A DNA stretch of 64,000 nt from Clarias gariepinus (GCF_024256425.1 NC_071115.1:12590746-12654745), one strand, 5' to 3'. Counted from the first letter of the stretch, positions 47,761 through 62,156 are shown. Program-made: numbers and translations. The notes: generated by a model from the sequence alone, not told the origin.

Positions 47761-50700
47761 TATTTTTTTGCAGTTTTACAGAAAAAAATAACTACTTTCC
47801 AATGAAGCAAGAAATATTGTAAACTGATTAGCAAAAATATTTTGTGCATGTTTTCTTCGAGTCACAAGAGTGTTAAAAAGCATACATGCCTAAATATTAC
47901 GTTAAAATTATTTTGGTTGTGAATGTATGATGTTTGTGTGATTTTGCAAAAAGCTATAACTCCATATCCCACAGTTTTTACACAATAGCCTGCAGTTGCA
48001 CTTTTGGTTCATTACATATGCAAGTATCAATAACATATTCGTTAAGTTTAAATAAAAACATAGCAAACTCTTGCTTTAATTGTGTTCTCTTTAATGAGTC
48101 TCATTTCCCAAATTAGATCAAGTTAGAAGATCATAAGAAACATTATAAATATTATAGAAAAATTTTAGTTTGCAGCATCATCAGCCTCCTTCCCTACCAG
48201 TTTTAGTTTTACTGTGACTGCAGCACCTTCTCATAACATGGGTATGTGCCTTATGACCTGGATCAGCTGACATATGTCTGTGGTATCTTACAGTTATACC
48301 ATTGTTAAAAATCCCAACGCAGAAAAAGAGAAGTTGACAAAGCAGATGCGACAAACACATTAGCTTCTCACACACATTGTTATTTCTCTGCCTAATTTTT
48401 TATTATGAAAAGCATTACTATAACTGCATCACGATCCCCAAATACACCTGCTGCTGATAGCAGGAGAGAAAGGAAAAAAGATAAATATCAATTTGAAAGT
48501 GAAACAGAAAGTTGCACTACAAAGTTACATTACAGCATTCCACTATAGCTTTGTTAAGTACAGTATATAACATGCCATTCGCACAACATCCAAATCACAC
48601 ATTGTCCTATTTTACAGAACATATTGTGGATGTTAACTGATACATACTCGTATTTTATTAATAATGTGGACCTGAAATGACAGAGTGTAAATAACCCTTT
48701 CTGGCTTTAACATTCCCTAAAAATCCAATAAACACATTTAATTTACTCACGCAATCACATGACAGAAACAATGCAATTAGAAAACCTATAAGCTTGTAAA
48801 ACTTATTATGCATAATACATCAAGTGTGTATCATTAGTATTAAAAAATTGAACCATGAGAAATGCTTTTTATTGTCATCCTTAACCATCCTTCCCTCTCT
48901 TCGGCAGAACACAAGGGCCTTTGCTCCTCACGTCTTTCATTTTTCAATTTGCACACTTTTCTCATCAAATAAGGTTCGAGATATCTTGGATAAAACGACA
49001 CTAACAACTTTCTTCTTTAAAGCTATTTTGTTTTACACCCTATCAAAAGTATACTATGTACCTATTTACAAATCATGTTTCTGCCCTATAAAGGTACAAA
49101 GTCTGTCTGAACACTACAAATCTCATGTTCTTCAGAAAGGCTCTAACGGCACTTTCGCACGTAGTCCTAAATGTATAGTGAATATACAGTTTAACCGATA
49201 AGTGATCATGTGACTTGAATGTGCTGGGTCAGATTCAAATTCGATGTGACTTGCTCAGTATGCACAGAGCATTGATGTGAGTCAGCACTAGCACGGGGAT
49301 TTCATAGCCACGCTAGCAATACCTGCTATAACAGCTAAACTCGAGCGTCTGCCTTTCTTCCTCCTTTTTCCTCTATCCTCTATACATTATCATTATTATT
49401 ATACGTTACAATTATTTCAGCTGACTAACTCTTTGCCGGCTTCCACAGCAAAATCACAAACTCATTATTATCATTGTGAAAGTCACTTGTAATTATGAAC
49501 TTTTTCCAGTTATAGCTGCCTGCACTGAGGATCCTCTGAGATTAGCTTCTTTTACGCTTATTTTCTCTTTATTGCTCTTTTTTATTGCTATTTTCGGCTT
49601 CTAATTCTAGTGCACTAAACAGCAATATCAACCGAATAGCACATCTTCTGCCTTGACCCTGATAAGACCCTGTGGACAAATTACCTACATGCAAAAGCGT
49701 CCTCCACAATAAGAGAACCGAACTTAATTATTTGAAAAAATGTAAAGATGTGAATAATGTGTATTGTGAGATTGCATTGGTGATAAATATCACTTAGTTG
49801 TTCTTTAATAAAAATAACATAATTCTAATATTAGGATCGATCTGTTTGTAAATAACTGACTAAAATGGCACAAAGCATTGTGTGTCATATTCCGCTTTAA
49901 CAGTTTCCTCCACATAAATCTGGGTCTTGCAGATGTGCTCTATATCTGGCTAAACTGTTTTCTTTCCCTGTAGGCCGAATCCATCACTCTTCTTTTCTAA
50001 TATCTCCCTATATTCCACTTTCAATTAACAACCCCCCTCCCTCCCCCCCTCTATCTCTCTCTCTCCCTTTTTTAATGTCCATCTGTGATACAGAGTTCCT
50101 TCACTGTTAGGACTAAATTTATCAAACCCATTTGCAGGCCATTAGGTTCACCTCAAAGCAAGTAGTTCTGTTCCCAAGAGATAGGACTGAGGGAAGAGAT
50201 GAAAAGTAAGGTGTTAGTAAAACGGGAGGTTGGCAATAGGTTTTTTTTTTTTTTTTTGCGTGTGTGCTGCTGCAACATCTGGTGAAATGAGGGCAAAGCA
50301 AGATGTTTTAATGTGCATTGCTGCAATTACATCTGTCTGCTAATCTCTGCCAAAACCAACCCACAAACTATATCCGAAACAATGCAAGCGTGTAATAAAA
50401 CACTAAACAAATGCGACCTCTGGACTTGAAATGTTTAATCCTGTTTGGCTGTGGTTGTAAAAGATATTGATTAGACATCACCCATACACAGAGCACTATA
50501 ATTGCTCTTCTAAAAGAAACTCCTGAATTGTATTTTCGAGGTTCTCATCTCATCTCATCTCTCCTTAGGACAAGGAACAAGAAGAAAAGAATCCTATTCA
50601 AGTTAGAAAAACAAAAAAAGAATAAGCAGACAAAGTGACATGCAGCGAGAACAAAGACAGACAAGACAGGATTCCAGACCAGCTCCAAAAAAGGCTTCCA

Positions 50701-50969
50701 CACAAAACTGTCAAAGATTAAATCTCAAGAAGATTCAGACAGTCAGAAAAGTCAGAACCTTCATTTGATGGGTAGTGTACAGTGAAATCTTAGAGAACCC
50801 TTTTTGGAATTTAATCACTTAGAGAGTGATTAAATTCCAAAAAGCTTATGATGTATCATTGCTTCAAATGGTAGCATTTCCCATCACAGTTTTGAGGAAC
50901 TGAAAATATAGAGTAAGAAAAAATCCTTTTAATTTTGTTGACCAGCGATGTCGAAAGAGAAAGAGAGAG

Positions 50970-51008
<39 letters not shown>

Positions 51009-53379
51009 TCTGTCACTCCACTAGGGGGCAAAGTAGTGAAATAAATTTATGCATGGGATCAAGTAGTTTTACATTTTTGCTGGCACTATATAGCCAAAAA
51101 ATAAAAAATAAACCATGCAGTTGGTGGTCAGGTCTGTAAATATCTTAATTTCCTTCTTATATCTTCTTCTTATTACAGCAATATACTGGGCTTATGGTTA
51201 TGGCTCCAAAGGACCGCTGTGTGTGGTAGGCTGTGTTCTTCAGCACCAGAATTTTAATGGCGGATAATTTGGGAGGTGTGGGACCTCTGTGAAACAGGAC
51301 GGTCGATCTGATCAGAAATTTGGAGCCTGTGTCAACAACCTTAAACTATTTACCTACTAAGCACTGTATGTGGCAGGCTGTGCTAGGTGGTTTAATACAT
51401 TTCTCTCATGGCTAGATTTGACCTTTTTCAGCAGTTGGGATGCCATTGACTGTTTTGTGGGACTGAGTTGGGCTAGCTGGACTTTTGGCCTCATGGACAT
51501 AGGGCCTTGGGTGTCCATGGTGATGGGATCATGGTCAGTCCAGGTATATTATTATTAATATATTATTACCCTAAAAATCATCTTTCTGTTTTTTTTGCTC
51601 TCAGTTTCTATTCCTCTTCTGTAATTCTGCTCCACTGGTGCTCTCAGGCTCTGAGAATTGTTAAGAAAATCAGTTATGTTTTAGACTATCTTATCTTATC
51701 TAGCCTATTCATCCTTAATCTAGCCTTGTCTCTAAGAGATTAGGAACAGGAAAAAGTAAGAATGAAAAGGGATCAGAGAAAAACCGTGATGTGAAGAAAG
51801 ATAAGTGAAGTCAAAAAAAGTGCAGCGATAGTTTACTGCAGAGCTGACTCAGTGGCAGGCTTCAGACAAGCTGCATTCTGACATGATATTTCTGTGGCAT
51901 CCACAAACAACAAGTTCAATACCAACTGACAGAGCACGCAAAAGACACATTTTCTACAACAAAACAAATGGCATCCCTTCCAGATCATTTCACACCACTG
52001 AGCACTGATAGACCAACTGAGGCCCTTATCTATGGTAGTGAAATTATATTAAAGAACAGATGAGGACTCAAAGTGCCACATAATCTTGGGTATATTTATC
52101 TTTCAGGGTTACTTTCAAAGTGATCATAAAAACCTTCAAAGCCTATAAATGAAATATTGAACTTCTATAATAGAGAGAAAGCTTGTAAATGAGTGCAAGA
52201 GGCAGACAGACAGTGCTAAGCTGTCACGGTCAGGTGCACTGATGATGAGATGGCAAGTCTCCAGCCAACCTGGCTGTTATGAGACACCTGCTGGCATCTG
52301 CAGGTTATCACATGACCCTGCCAGCAGGGCATGGCAAAGAGATTATAGAAAACCATCTTTCTTTCTTGCTCTCACTCTCTCTAGTGTAATTCTGCTCCAC
52401 TGGTGCTGTCGGGCTATGAGAATGCATTTTGCTGTTCCATATTTCAGCACAGTTCACAACAGAAACCAAATTCAAGCCCAAGGGCGGATGGTGAGAAATT
52501 GAAAGGTGAAGGTTTGATTGAATAAAAGAAGTAAAAGTTATGGAATGAATGAAGGAAGCTATATGTGAAGTGCATGATGAATAGGAGAGAGAGAGAGAGG
52601 GAAATATAGAAACGACAAGAAGGAGAAGCAGAGTAACAAGATGAATTTAGAGGTTCTGGAAGGCATAGCCAGAACGCCCAATGGGATTAAAGATAAAAAA
52701 AAAAAAAGCTGCTGTAAAACATAAAATGTCACCCAGAAAATAAAACAAAAGGTTAAACCCTACCAAAGCTCAGTTGGCTTCATGATGTTAATGATGCTTA
52801 AGTGTGGACGTTACTTGACAAGGTTAAAACACACACTGACCTTTACAAGACCCAAATACAGGCAACAGTAAGAAGTGGACATTCTGAAGTGGACTATTAA
52901 ATGGGAGAAATATATTATTATTTATTTTATTTATTTAAAAATATAGTAATTATGACTTTAAATCACATGCACACACACAATATGAAGGGCAAAAATAAAA
53001 GAACAGAGTTTTTGTTAGTGATGTACAAAGGTGTTCAAGTCAAACTGGGACTTGTGAGGAATTGTGAGATCTGTGGGATCTACGGGATCTTTCTGTAGGA
53101 ACTGAGCAGCCAATCATATAAACATTACTTGCACATTACAAAAACTTTTTTGGGAGTAACTCCCATATCCCCTGCAATGCTCTATGCAATTTTCAAATGT
53201 AATGCTATTAAAATGTTCCTTGGGTTCCTGGGAGGTCAGTATTTCAGACGTGAAGATAAACCAGACTCAAAATGCAACTGACACTATTTGACACTCAAAA
53301 AAAATAAAAAAGTCTAATAATAGTCCACTGGTTTTTGTGAAAGGGCCATATTCCAGAAGAGAATCTAAAAATGAACCAA

Positions 53380-53515
53380 AATCTGCACTAAGCGTTCCTG
53401 GACAGGATCAACCCCCAATTGCTTAGATGTTTAAGGAGATAAATGTAAGTCTCTCTGCATAAAGGTGCCTGCCAAATGACGAAAAATGTAAATGTAAATG
53501 TAAAAATTTTTTAAA
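53380..53515 (+). mobile_element. SINE 3'-tail fragment (..gtaagtctctctgcataaaggtgcctgccaaatgacgaaaaatgtaaatgtaaatg)
   Basis: The sequence matches the conserved teleost SINE tail motif (gtaagtcgctctggataag.gcgtctgc.aaatgc..aaatgtaaatg). Confidence 0.5.
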
Positions 53516-53983
53516 AAATCACTTCCATTTGTTCGCAACATTCCTTTAACCAAAGGAATGATTTTTTTCCTTTAACCAAAGGAATGATGCGAGATGAGAA
53601 AGCATGTACGTGAGAGTAGTGTGGCTCAGCTGGCTTCTATTGAGCTGCTCTGATGTGACAGATAGTCACTTAAATTGTATCGGTAAACACTGGGAAGAAC
53701 ACGCTACAGGTGTCAAGAGACCGAGTAAGAGAGAAAGAGATAGTTTCTCTAAATTAATGAACTCCTGATGAGGCCACAGCTGCTTCTCTGTGTTCCTTTA
53801 ATAGTCTCTACTAATCCATATGTTTAATACAACCACAGAATGGAAAAGGAAATGAGCTCAATACGAGGAGAGAAAATGGTGAGCTTTTTTATTATCTGCA
53901 GTAAATTAACAAGACTGAGACCGGGTCATTTAGTGTTAAGAGCAAACGTAATGCCTGGTTTATGTTTTTTGGGAGAAAAACAC

Positions 53984-53987
<4 letters not shown>

Positions 53988-54057
<70 letters not shown>

Positions 54058-54103
54058 GCATCATTTCATTTTTTGACAAGTATTATTAGTGGCACTTGTG
54101 TTG

Positions 54104-54162
<59 letters not shown>
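53988..54162. repeat. (GT)n (53988-54058) and (CA)n (54104-54162) microsatellites arranged as an inverted pair around a 45-bp spacer
   Basis: Direct read. The arrangement could form a hairpin or cruciform. Confidence 0.9.
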
Positions 54163-54163
<1 letters not shown>

Positions 54164-55324
54164 AGGTGTAGTACTATTCAGGAATGTCTGTACTTGTTCA
54201 CACCAAACACTTTGACCTTTAAAAAAGTGTGTGTTCTTGCACGACATCCAATATTGTACTCTTTTGAAAATAATATGCTGCAGTGATTTTAGTCGTTGTT
54301 GTTCTGAAACTAGATTGCATCTTCCTTAAAGTAAGCGGATATGATTTACAACTGGCCATGCAAGAAAAGGTCTAAGGACACAGTGGATTACATGGTTTCT
54401 GATTGGGTCTGACCCATACATCCTTTTTCCAGCAATGCAGCACTGCTCATGCATGTCGGAAGTTATACTGTATACACAGGGAGTGTAGGGAGAACAGGGC
54501 AAACAATAAATCTTCCCCTGAACCCAGAGGACACTTTGATTACAACATTTTTATTTCAGTCTTGTAATTCTCTCTCTCTCTCTCTCTCTTTAAACTCTAA
54601 GCGTAGTCTGCCATGCTGTTGGAGTTACGCGCTCACTGCTTCAGGCTGCACCAAGTTCAGCCGCATTGCGGCTCAGAATCTAATTCCACTCTGGGGCTTT
54701 TCTCAGGTGCACCCTCTCAGGAGCTGCTTCACTAGTCCAGAGCACCATATCCTAATTATCATCAATTACAAGGGCTCTGCATATGGAGGAGAGGAGAAGA
54801 CAAGAAGACGAGAAAAGCTACGCTGCCATTAAGAACAGTTCATGCACCAGCTGCTCATGTGCACTCAGGGGTTCGGCTTTTAATCTGATCCATTTATTTC
54901 CCACAGGCTAAGTGTAATGCAGCAGTGAAAGCATGAACCTGCACTAAAATGTACTTAGGGATCAAACTTGTAGACACAAGGCATATGCTGCGCTAATTCA
55001 AACTGGTACAATTACTTGCCTGAACACTAACAATTATAGACGTTGAAGAACCCGAATGAATAGTTAATTTCTAGTAGATTGGTTGTTTCATTCAGCTTTT
55101 AAATTGTCCTAATGAAATTTCTAAAGTATCTGAAGTCAGTATAGGTTGATGAATGTAAATCTGCTAAACATTTAGGGGCTAGGAAAGCCAAATCTCTCAA
55201 AGATTCATTCCTTCGTTCAACCACTTTGTCCTGGTCAGTGTCACAGTGGATCCAGAACACTGGCTGTAAAGTGGAAATATACCAGAATGCCAATCTGCCA
55301 AGTCTCTTAAATTTGTTACAACAT

Positions 55325-55555
55325 ACATGTCTCTCTGAAGTTGGGGGATTGGTGGCCCAGTGATAGGCAGGTAGGTTTCCTGCCTGGGTTCAATTCCCAC
55401 CCAATGCCCAAACCCCAGCCACTGGAGGCAGTGCCGGTCCCAAACCCTGATAAAATGTAAAGGGAAGGGTATCCAGCGTAAAACCGGTGCCAAGTTGCTG
55501 TGCGAATCAAATGGTCCTTGTGGCAACCACTCAACAGGAGCAGCTGAAAAAAATA
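55325..55555 (+). mobile_element. DANA-like tRNA-derived SINE
   Basis: A tRNA-like head ggggattggtggcccagtgataggcaggtaggtttcctgcctgggttcaattccc leads into a DANA-like body ...gggaagggtatccagcgtaaaacc...gtggcaaccac... with an A-rich end. Confidence 0.6.
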
Positions 55556-56159
55556 CATTAACGTGTTTCTGAAGATAGCGAGCAATCAAATTTCCCCACA
55601 TCACACATCCAGTGATCTCCATTCTGGCTGTTTTATTGCCTTACAATATTTTCTAATATTGGCATGAGAGGCAGAATTAAGAAAATTAAGAAGAGCTTAA
55701 AGCACTAATATATGTTTGTTGTCATCCTATTAAAATGACCTGGCATCCCATGTGGGGTTGAATACTCCCACATTGCGACCATGGTTACCAGAATAAGCTC
55801 CAGATCCAGATCTACTGAAACCTTGATCAGAATAAAGCAGTTACCAAAAGCGAGTGTGTGAATTTTAGTTTAATGAACTGTATGATGTAGAAATGATATT
55901 ACTACCATTCACTGAAATCATTTAGCTAAAACAATGAGAACATTATACCCTTATAACACACTGCCTGACAGTTTTAGCAGGGTCAAATTATTGGCCGGCA
56001 TCTGTCAAAGAACTACTAATGGGATGTGAAATGACTGTAATTTCAGTTTGTGGAAGAAATGTGGTCGGAAGAAAATCATGATTGGAGATCACTTTAGCAC
56101 ATGGTGAAGCTGCATTGTAAAAAGCAACCAGGAGTACAAATTACAGCGGTTTAATAGTG

Positions 56160-56275
56160 AAAGTAAGTGAGTGAGTGAGTGAGTGAGTGAGTCAGTTAGT
56201 CAGGAAGTAAATCAGTCAGTCAGTCAGTAAGTAAGAAAGTAAGTAGCTAAGTAAGTATTTCCACAGAACCAATGT
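56160..56275. repeat. imperfect tetranucleotide tandem repeat (GAGT/AAGT/CAGT)n
   Basis: gtaagtgagtgagtgagtgagtgagtgagtcagttagtcaggaagtaaatcagtcagtcagtcagtaagtaag... Confidence 0.9.
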
Positions 56276-56888
56276 GATGAGAACTCACAAGATTGTGACC
56301 GAACAGCTGTGTGGCCGTAAGAAAACCACGTGTTAGTGTGACTAATCAGAAGAAAAAGCTTCTATAGGGAACACAAAAATTGTACTTTGGTGCAATGGAA
56401 AAGGTCATGTGTTTTGATGAGTCCAGATTGACCTTACTCAAGAGTGATGGCAGTGTCAGCATAAGGAGGAAGTATTAAGCACAGTGCCCACTGTACAAGG
56501 CTGTGAAGGCAGTGTTCTGAGGCTGCTTGAGTTAGTCACATCTAGGCCCAGAAACATTATGTGGCAATAAAATGAAGTCAGTACAACATCAATTGATTGT
56601 TTTCCCCCTTTCCTGATGGCATGGGCCTGTAGCAAAAAAAAAAAAAAAAAAAAAAGTGGTTCTGGGGGCATGAGGACCCTTTTTTATACAAGAACTGGTC
56701 ACCAAAATGCTGCAAAATGTTGCACCATCAATTATTTTTTTACTTTTTGTATGTTATTTTACTATACTTAAGCACAGAAATTGAATTTTTTTTTGTACAA
56801 TATAAAGATGTGTGCTATAGTGTTTGGTCAGAAATCCACATGTAAAACCTTGCACAGAGAGTAAATCTTTATGGTATTTAAAAATACT

Positions 56889-56922
56889 GCCGTAGCAACA
56901 ACAACAACAATAACAACAACGA

Positions 56923-56954
<32 letters not shown>

Positions 56955-56990
56955 ATAATAATAATAATAACAATAATAATAATAACAACA
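56889..56990. repeat. compound trinucleotide microsatellite (AAC)n(TAC)n(AAT)n
   Basis: Direct read. Confidence 0.95.
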
Positions 56991-59063
56991 ACTACATTCC
57001 AACTACATTAGAAACTACATTCGTATGGTATCTAAAAATCATCACCAGCAGCAACCAAACAGGAACATTAAAATTGAATGTGATTAAGTTAAAAGCAAAG
57101 AAATTGAAAATAATCAGTTATAGTAGTTTGACAGAAAAAGTTACAAAGAAAATCCTAAGTAAAGAATAAAGATTTCATGCATCTTAAAAACCTTTAAATG
57201 AAAACATATTGCAAATATAATGAATGATGAATATTAATTATTAATTATTAATTGATAGATTATTAATAATTAATTAAAGTAAGACCTAATAAAGAAACCT
57301 CTCAAGGCTAAAAACACGAAGCAGAAAATGCCATGAAATCAGCACTCAGCAAATTAGCTGCTTGTAGTTGTTGTTTTTTTGCCTCATTTAGCAAAATTAG
57401 TCTGCCATCTGGAATAGTGTAGTCTGCTCCTTTAAATAGGCTACAATCAGTTCAGTTTGTGCAGTAGTGCTCTCGTTACCACAGCATGCGTCCGTCCTTT
57501 GTGTGACACATCTTTATGACTTTATGGGAAATGTCACATACATTTTATGTGATTATTTGAGAACTATGTGATCTTGAATATGCTTAAATAGACTCCAGCA
57601 TCCATCTGACTTAAAAAGCAACTAAAACAACCTGTAAGGAATAAGGCCATGTGTTCTACAAATATGGAAAAAAATAGGTACATAATGGTATTAAAACAAA
57701 TGCATTATATGTGACAAGTCTGAAAGTGAAAATGCGAATAGTGTTTACCATGTGCTAAATTTACTTGTTGAAGTTGAAGTGTGACTTTCCGAAAAGGGTT
57801 TGTAAGCCAGTGCATTTTTGCTGACTCATTATCACTTTTTTCCCCTCCGTCTAGCACAGCTAACTTCTGTCTAGCACAGTTTTTAAAAAAATACTATAGG
57901 CATGCATTCCTCCATTCATTAATTAAAAAAATATTGTTTACTTGATTTGCAGCACTATTTCTCATTAGCTATAGTTACATACAATATAGGAAAAAATATG
58001 AAACAATATTTCCATATCCAATTAAAATCATTGTGCTTTAGAAATTCCAACATAACTGTTTAAATGGAAGCTGATCCGATGTGTGGTTTACGTGCTCAAA
58101 AACCTTTAATCAGACTGTAAATATTTTGACATGCACAAAGTTGTTCACCCCATTCAGCATTCAGCACACCCCAATCAGAAATACAGCAGAAATTCAACAG
58201 AAATACAGCAGAAAACAATAATAAATAAATAAAAAAAATCAACTTTGAGGTTAGGTCTGAAGCTTCACATGTTTCCCCCTCTTGTATTATGAAAGATTTA
58301 CAAGAATTTCATCTTAATTATGATTGGTTAGATGGTTTTGTTTATGTAAATTGAGAGCCAATCAGAGCCTCTTCCTCAGGCAGTGGATACAAGTTTGAAG
58401 TAAAGACTAGTGGAAGAGAATTGTTCTCACAGAGTGTCCTGTTTACTGATGAAAGCAAATTTCACTCATCGCATCATTTGATGTTTTTCCCCCATGTGGG
58501 GCAAACATGCATAGAAAAAAATATATTTATTCCAACAACAAAGAATTAAAAAGCTATTTGCCCCCTGCAGTTGTCCTACACTGCTATTAATTTTTAATGA
58601 CATGGAATTTTGAAGAGTGTTTTTTTTGTTTTGCAACATTTGCATTTGACATGTGTGGAAATATAAGTGAATATTTAAATAATGAATGGAGGAAGTACAG
58701 TAGGAGAGCTGTTATACAATAAAGAATGGAGAATTCCCATCACACATACTGTAAGATAAAAAAATACCTACACATTTTACATAACAAGCCAGTTGTAATG
58801 TAGTATTTACTGTAACTGAATGGTATACTGCTTTAAATAAAGGTAGTTGCATATATGAGAAAGGAGGAGAAAAGCAAAAATATGTTTTTTTCTCTTGCAT
58901 GCATAAAGTAAACAGAATATAGCAAAACAGAATTCAGAGGTGTAGGGAATACACTTGCCTTTATATGTATGTTAAGTTTTGGCTCACTCCACAATGCATC
59001 ACTGGTCCAAGGATGAACATCCCTTTAACTGTCCCTAACTGTCCCTAGTCATCCATTTATCTC

Positions 59064-59065
<2 letters not shown>

Positions 59066-59127
<62 letters not shown>
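59066..59127. repeat. (TA)n microsatellite; further (TA)n at 59675-59744 and 60154-60206 flank the Tc1 remnant
   Basis: Direct read. Confidence 0.95.
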
Positions 59128-59131
<4 letters not shown>

Positions 59132-59671
59132 TTTAATTGCAATATACTGTGTATATATATAAAATGTTAAATTGATTTAATGTGTTGTTGTGAGTCAAAC
59201 TGTACATGGAAATTGCAGGTAAAAATTAAGTGACATTAATAAAGTCATGTATAAAATTGAGGGGTAAAGACACCAGTCCACATGCAGTATAGGATTAGAT
59301 CTATTGCTTTGCTGCGTCATACCTAATCTGCATAAAATTGAGGAAATCTAATTCTGCATCACTCACTGTTGTTGAAATTTTAGCTTATGAATGTGCACAT
59401 AAACCCTTGCTAATGTGAACATCAGGTAAAATTTTAAGGATTCATATTTAAGCTCATTCAGATTTCATCTTTTTGTGCATGCAACAATAATTTACATTTT
59501 TATATTCTAAATAAGCTTTATAATTACTAATGCATTCATTGTTTTTTTTTTTTTTTAGCCAATTCGATGTCAATTTGTTGGCAAACTGTGCAACTAAATG
59601 CATGCAGTAATTGTTCAGAGCCCCTGAATCTATTTAATTTATCCTTTCAGAGAAGTAATTACTTTTTCAGT

Positions 59672-59744
<73 letters not shown>

Positions 59745-59748
<4 letters not shown>

Positions 59749-60145
59749 TGTAACTTTTTAAGTGGGAGAACTTGCACAATTGGTGGCTGAATAAAAACTT
59801 TTTTGCCCCACAGATCTCAACCCCATAGAAAATCTTTGGAGGGAGTTGAAAGTCAGTGTTTCCCAGGGACAGCCCCAGAACATTACTGCTCTAGAGGAGA
59901 TCTGCATGGAGGAGCGGGCCAAAATACCAGCAACAGTGTGTAAACCTTGTGAAGACTTGCAGAAAACGTTTGACCTCCGTTATTGCCAACAGAGGGTATA
60001 AAACAAAGTACTGAGATTAAATTTTGTTATTGACAAAATACTTATTATTCACCATAATTTGCAAATAAATTCTTTCAAAATCCTAAAATGTGCACTTGCA
60101 CAATTGGTGGCTGACTAAATACTTTTTTGCCCCACTGTATATACC
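59745..60145 (+). mobile_element. internally deleted Tc1-like element: duplicated TIR segment plus transposase C-terminus plus 3' TIR ending ...ttttttgccccactgTA
   Basis: It encodes [40 protein letters not shown].., which is the Tc1 transposase C-terminus; the final 25 residues are readable only after a frameshift. The TIR motif cttgcacaattggtggctga.taaa.acttttttgccccac occurs twice (59772-59808 and 60097-60139). Long (TA)n tracts flank both sides. Confidence 0.7.
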
Positions 60146-60150
60146 CACAC

Positions 60151-60209
<59 letters not shown>

Positions 60210-60874
60210 TGTTTTAACCACTTGCTTGATATGTGAATGTCCTAAAATGACTATGGACTACTGTATATTGCCCATGCTTCATATGAAGATATGAAAAATA
60301 TATTTTTTGCAATATTCCTGATAGTTGACTGGGGATAAAGACAGTTCAAAGACTACAGGGGGAAAGTTAATGCAGTTATGAATTGCAATAGTTTTAAATT
60401 AACTTTCCAAAAAACATGCACGAGTCACATTATTACACATGCCTTCACCAGCCTCAAATCACCTCGAGTACAAATTAGTCTCGAAACTCGCATATTAAAA
60501 GCCATGCATGCTTATTTTTGAGGTGGTAAAAAAAGTCATGTTTATGTATAATCATACAGGCGGTACGCTGTAAACTATTTACACATTGGCATAGGGAAAA
60601 GTGAATTATATGTTAAGTTTGCTTAAAAATAATGTAAAATCATACTGGGATTTTATATACTTAATCACCATGTGGTTGAATCCGCACATAGGCATTGTAA
60701 TATCATCAATGTTGGGTGGTCACTGCTGAGTCCTATGTTTATTAAAGAGTTATCAGCCTCTAATAAACAGAAATAGTGGGGAGAATTGTGATATAGTACA
60801 GTACATAGCAGTTGGTTCGGGGACTCAGGAGATTAATGGTAGTATCATAATCCTGACTATTGAGACTTTAACTG

Positions 60875-60918
<44 letters not shown>

Positions 60919-61850
60919 CCACCCACACTGAGATGCTGTGCAAAACAATAATTGAGCATCGTGCCTGTTATGAGATTCTGAAGTGTTGGCCTGTTACTAG
61001 ATCAATAGTTTGACCTTTGGTGATATGACAGCTGGAGTCAGCTTAGACGGTGAGTTCAGCTCTTTCAGCAAAGCTAAAAGACACACGCATACGATCATGA
61101 ACAGCTTTGTCATCAAGAATGTCTGCAATAAGAGATCCTACAAAAATAAAATGAGCTAAAGAGTTAAGAATGGAAAGTGAATGCAAATGTGTATAATGAG
61201 AAGAAGAAAAAAAACATCCTGTAGAGGCAGAAAATCCTCTAAAGACGTAAAGTTGAGCAGACATTACTGAAGGAGATTGAAATTCTTTCACAAATTAACA
61301 ATCTGCCAGACCTGCGGTCTTTATTCAGAAAACGGTTCTCATTTTCTGCAACACTCACTTACACACCGATAGTCACTCAGCATGCCTTACCGAGAGTGAC
61401 AGCAGCTGTAATGAAGAACGGCACACAAAAACATAGAAGGAAAGAAAATGAGAAGAGAAAAAGTGAAGAAAAGAGGTGATAACACGGCAAAGCTGAGAAA
61501 GAAAAGATGGATGTCGGAGAGTGTAATGAATAGAGGCAGGTAGAGAGAATCAAGAGAGAAGCATGGTTTTCTCCAAAACGAATCTCTTCTAAGCTTCTTT
61601 CGCTTTACCTTTTTGTGACCTGCATTCTATCTAACAACACAACACATCTTTCATCTAACACTGCTGCTTTTCTCTTCCTCGTGCCTTCTCTCTACTCGTT
61701 CATCTTTTTCACCGTGTCACTTGCTATATTAAAGAAAAATAGACAAATAGTGCTACTATAAGTCTATACTAAAAACTCTCAATGAACTTATATGTCAACT
61801 AAATCAATTCCTGCTTAAGCCACCTATATATCTGAATGTGTCTTTCTCTC

Positions 61851-61887
<37 letters not shown>

Positions 61888-62156
61888 GTCTCTCTCAATT
61901 GACAAATGACTCTATCATTAGACTAACTGGCAGCTTCAATAGGTCACATTTCTAAGGACAATGATTCCAATTCAGCATTGTTGAAGGTTGAAAGGAAAAA
62001 AGGAAGATCAACCTCAATGATGATGATGATGATAATGATGATCACAATGATCACAGTGCGGTCCGGATATAAACTTGTATGTAATGACAGCGAGGACATT
62101 CTGTTCCTTGGCACTGAATCAACATTATTTCATTTGGCTTCCAGATCATAGCAGTG

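Noticed and set aside
55197-55622. Minus-strand ORFs 55197..55622 and 55316..55585 (141 aa and 89 aa)
   Set aside because: They lie entirely within a DANA-like SINE copy. They are translations of repeat sequence, not genes.
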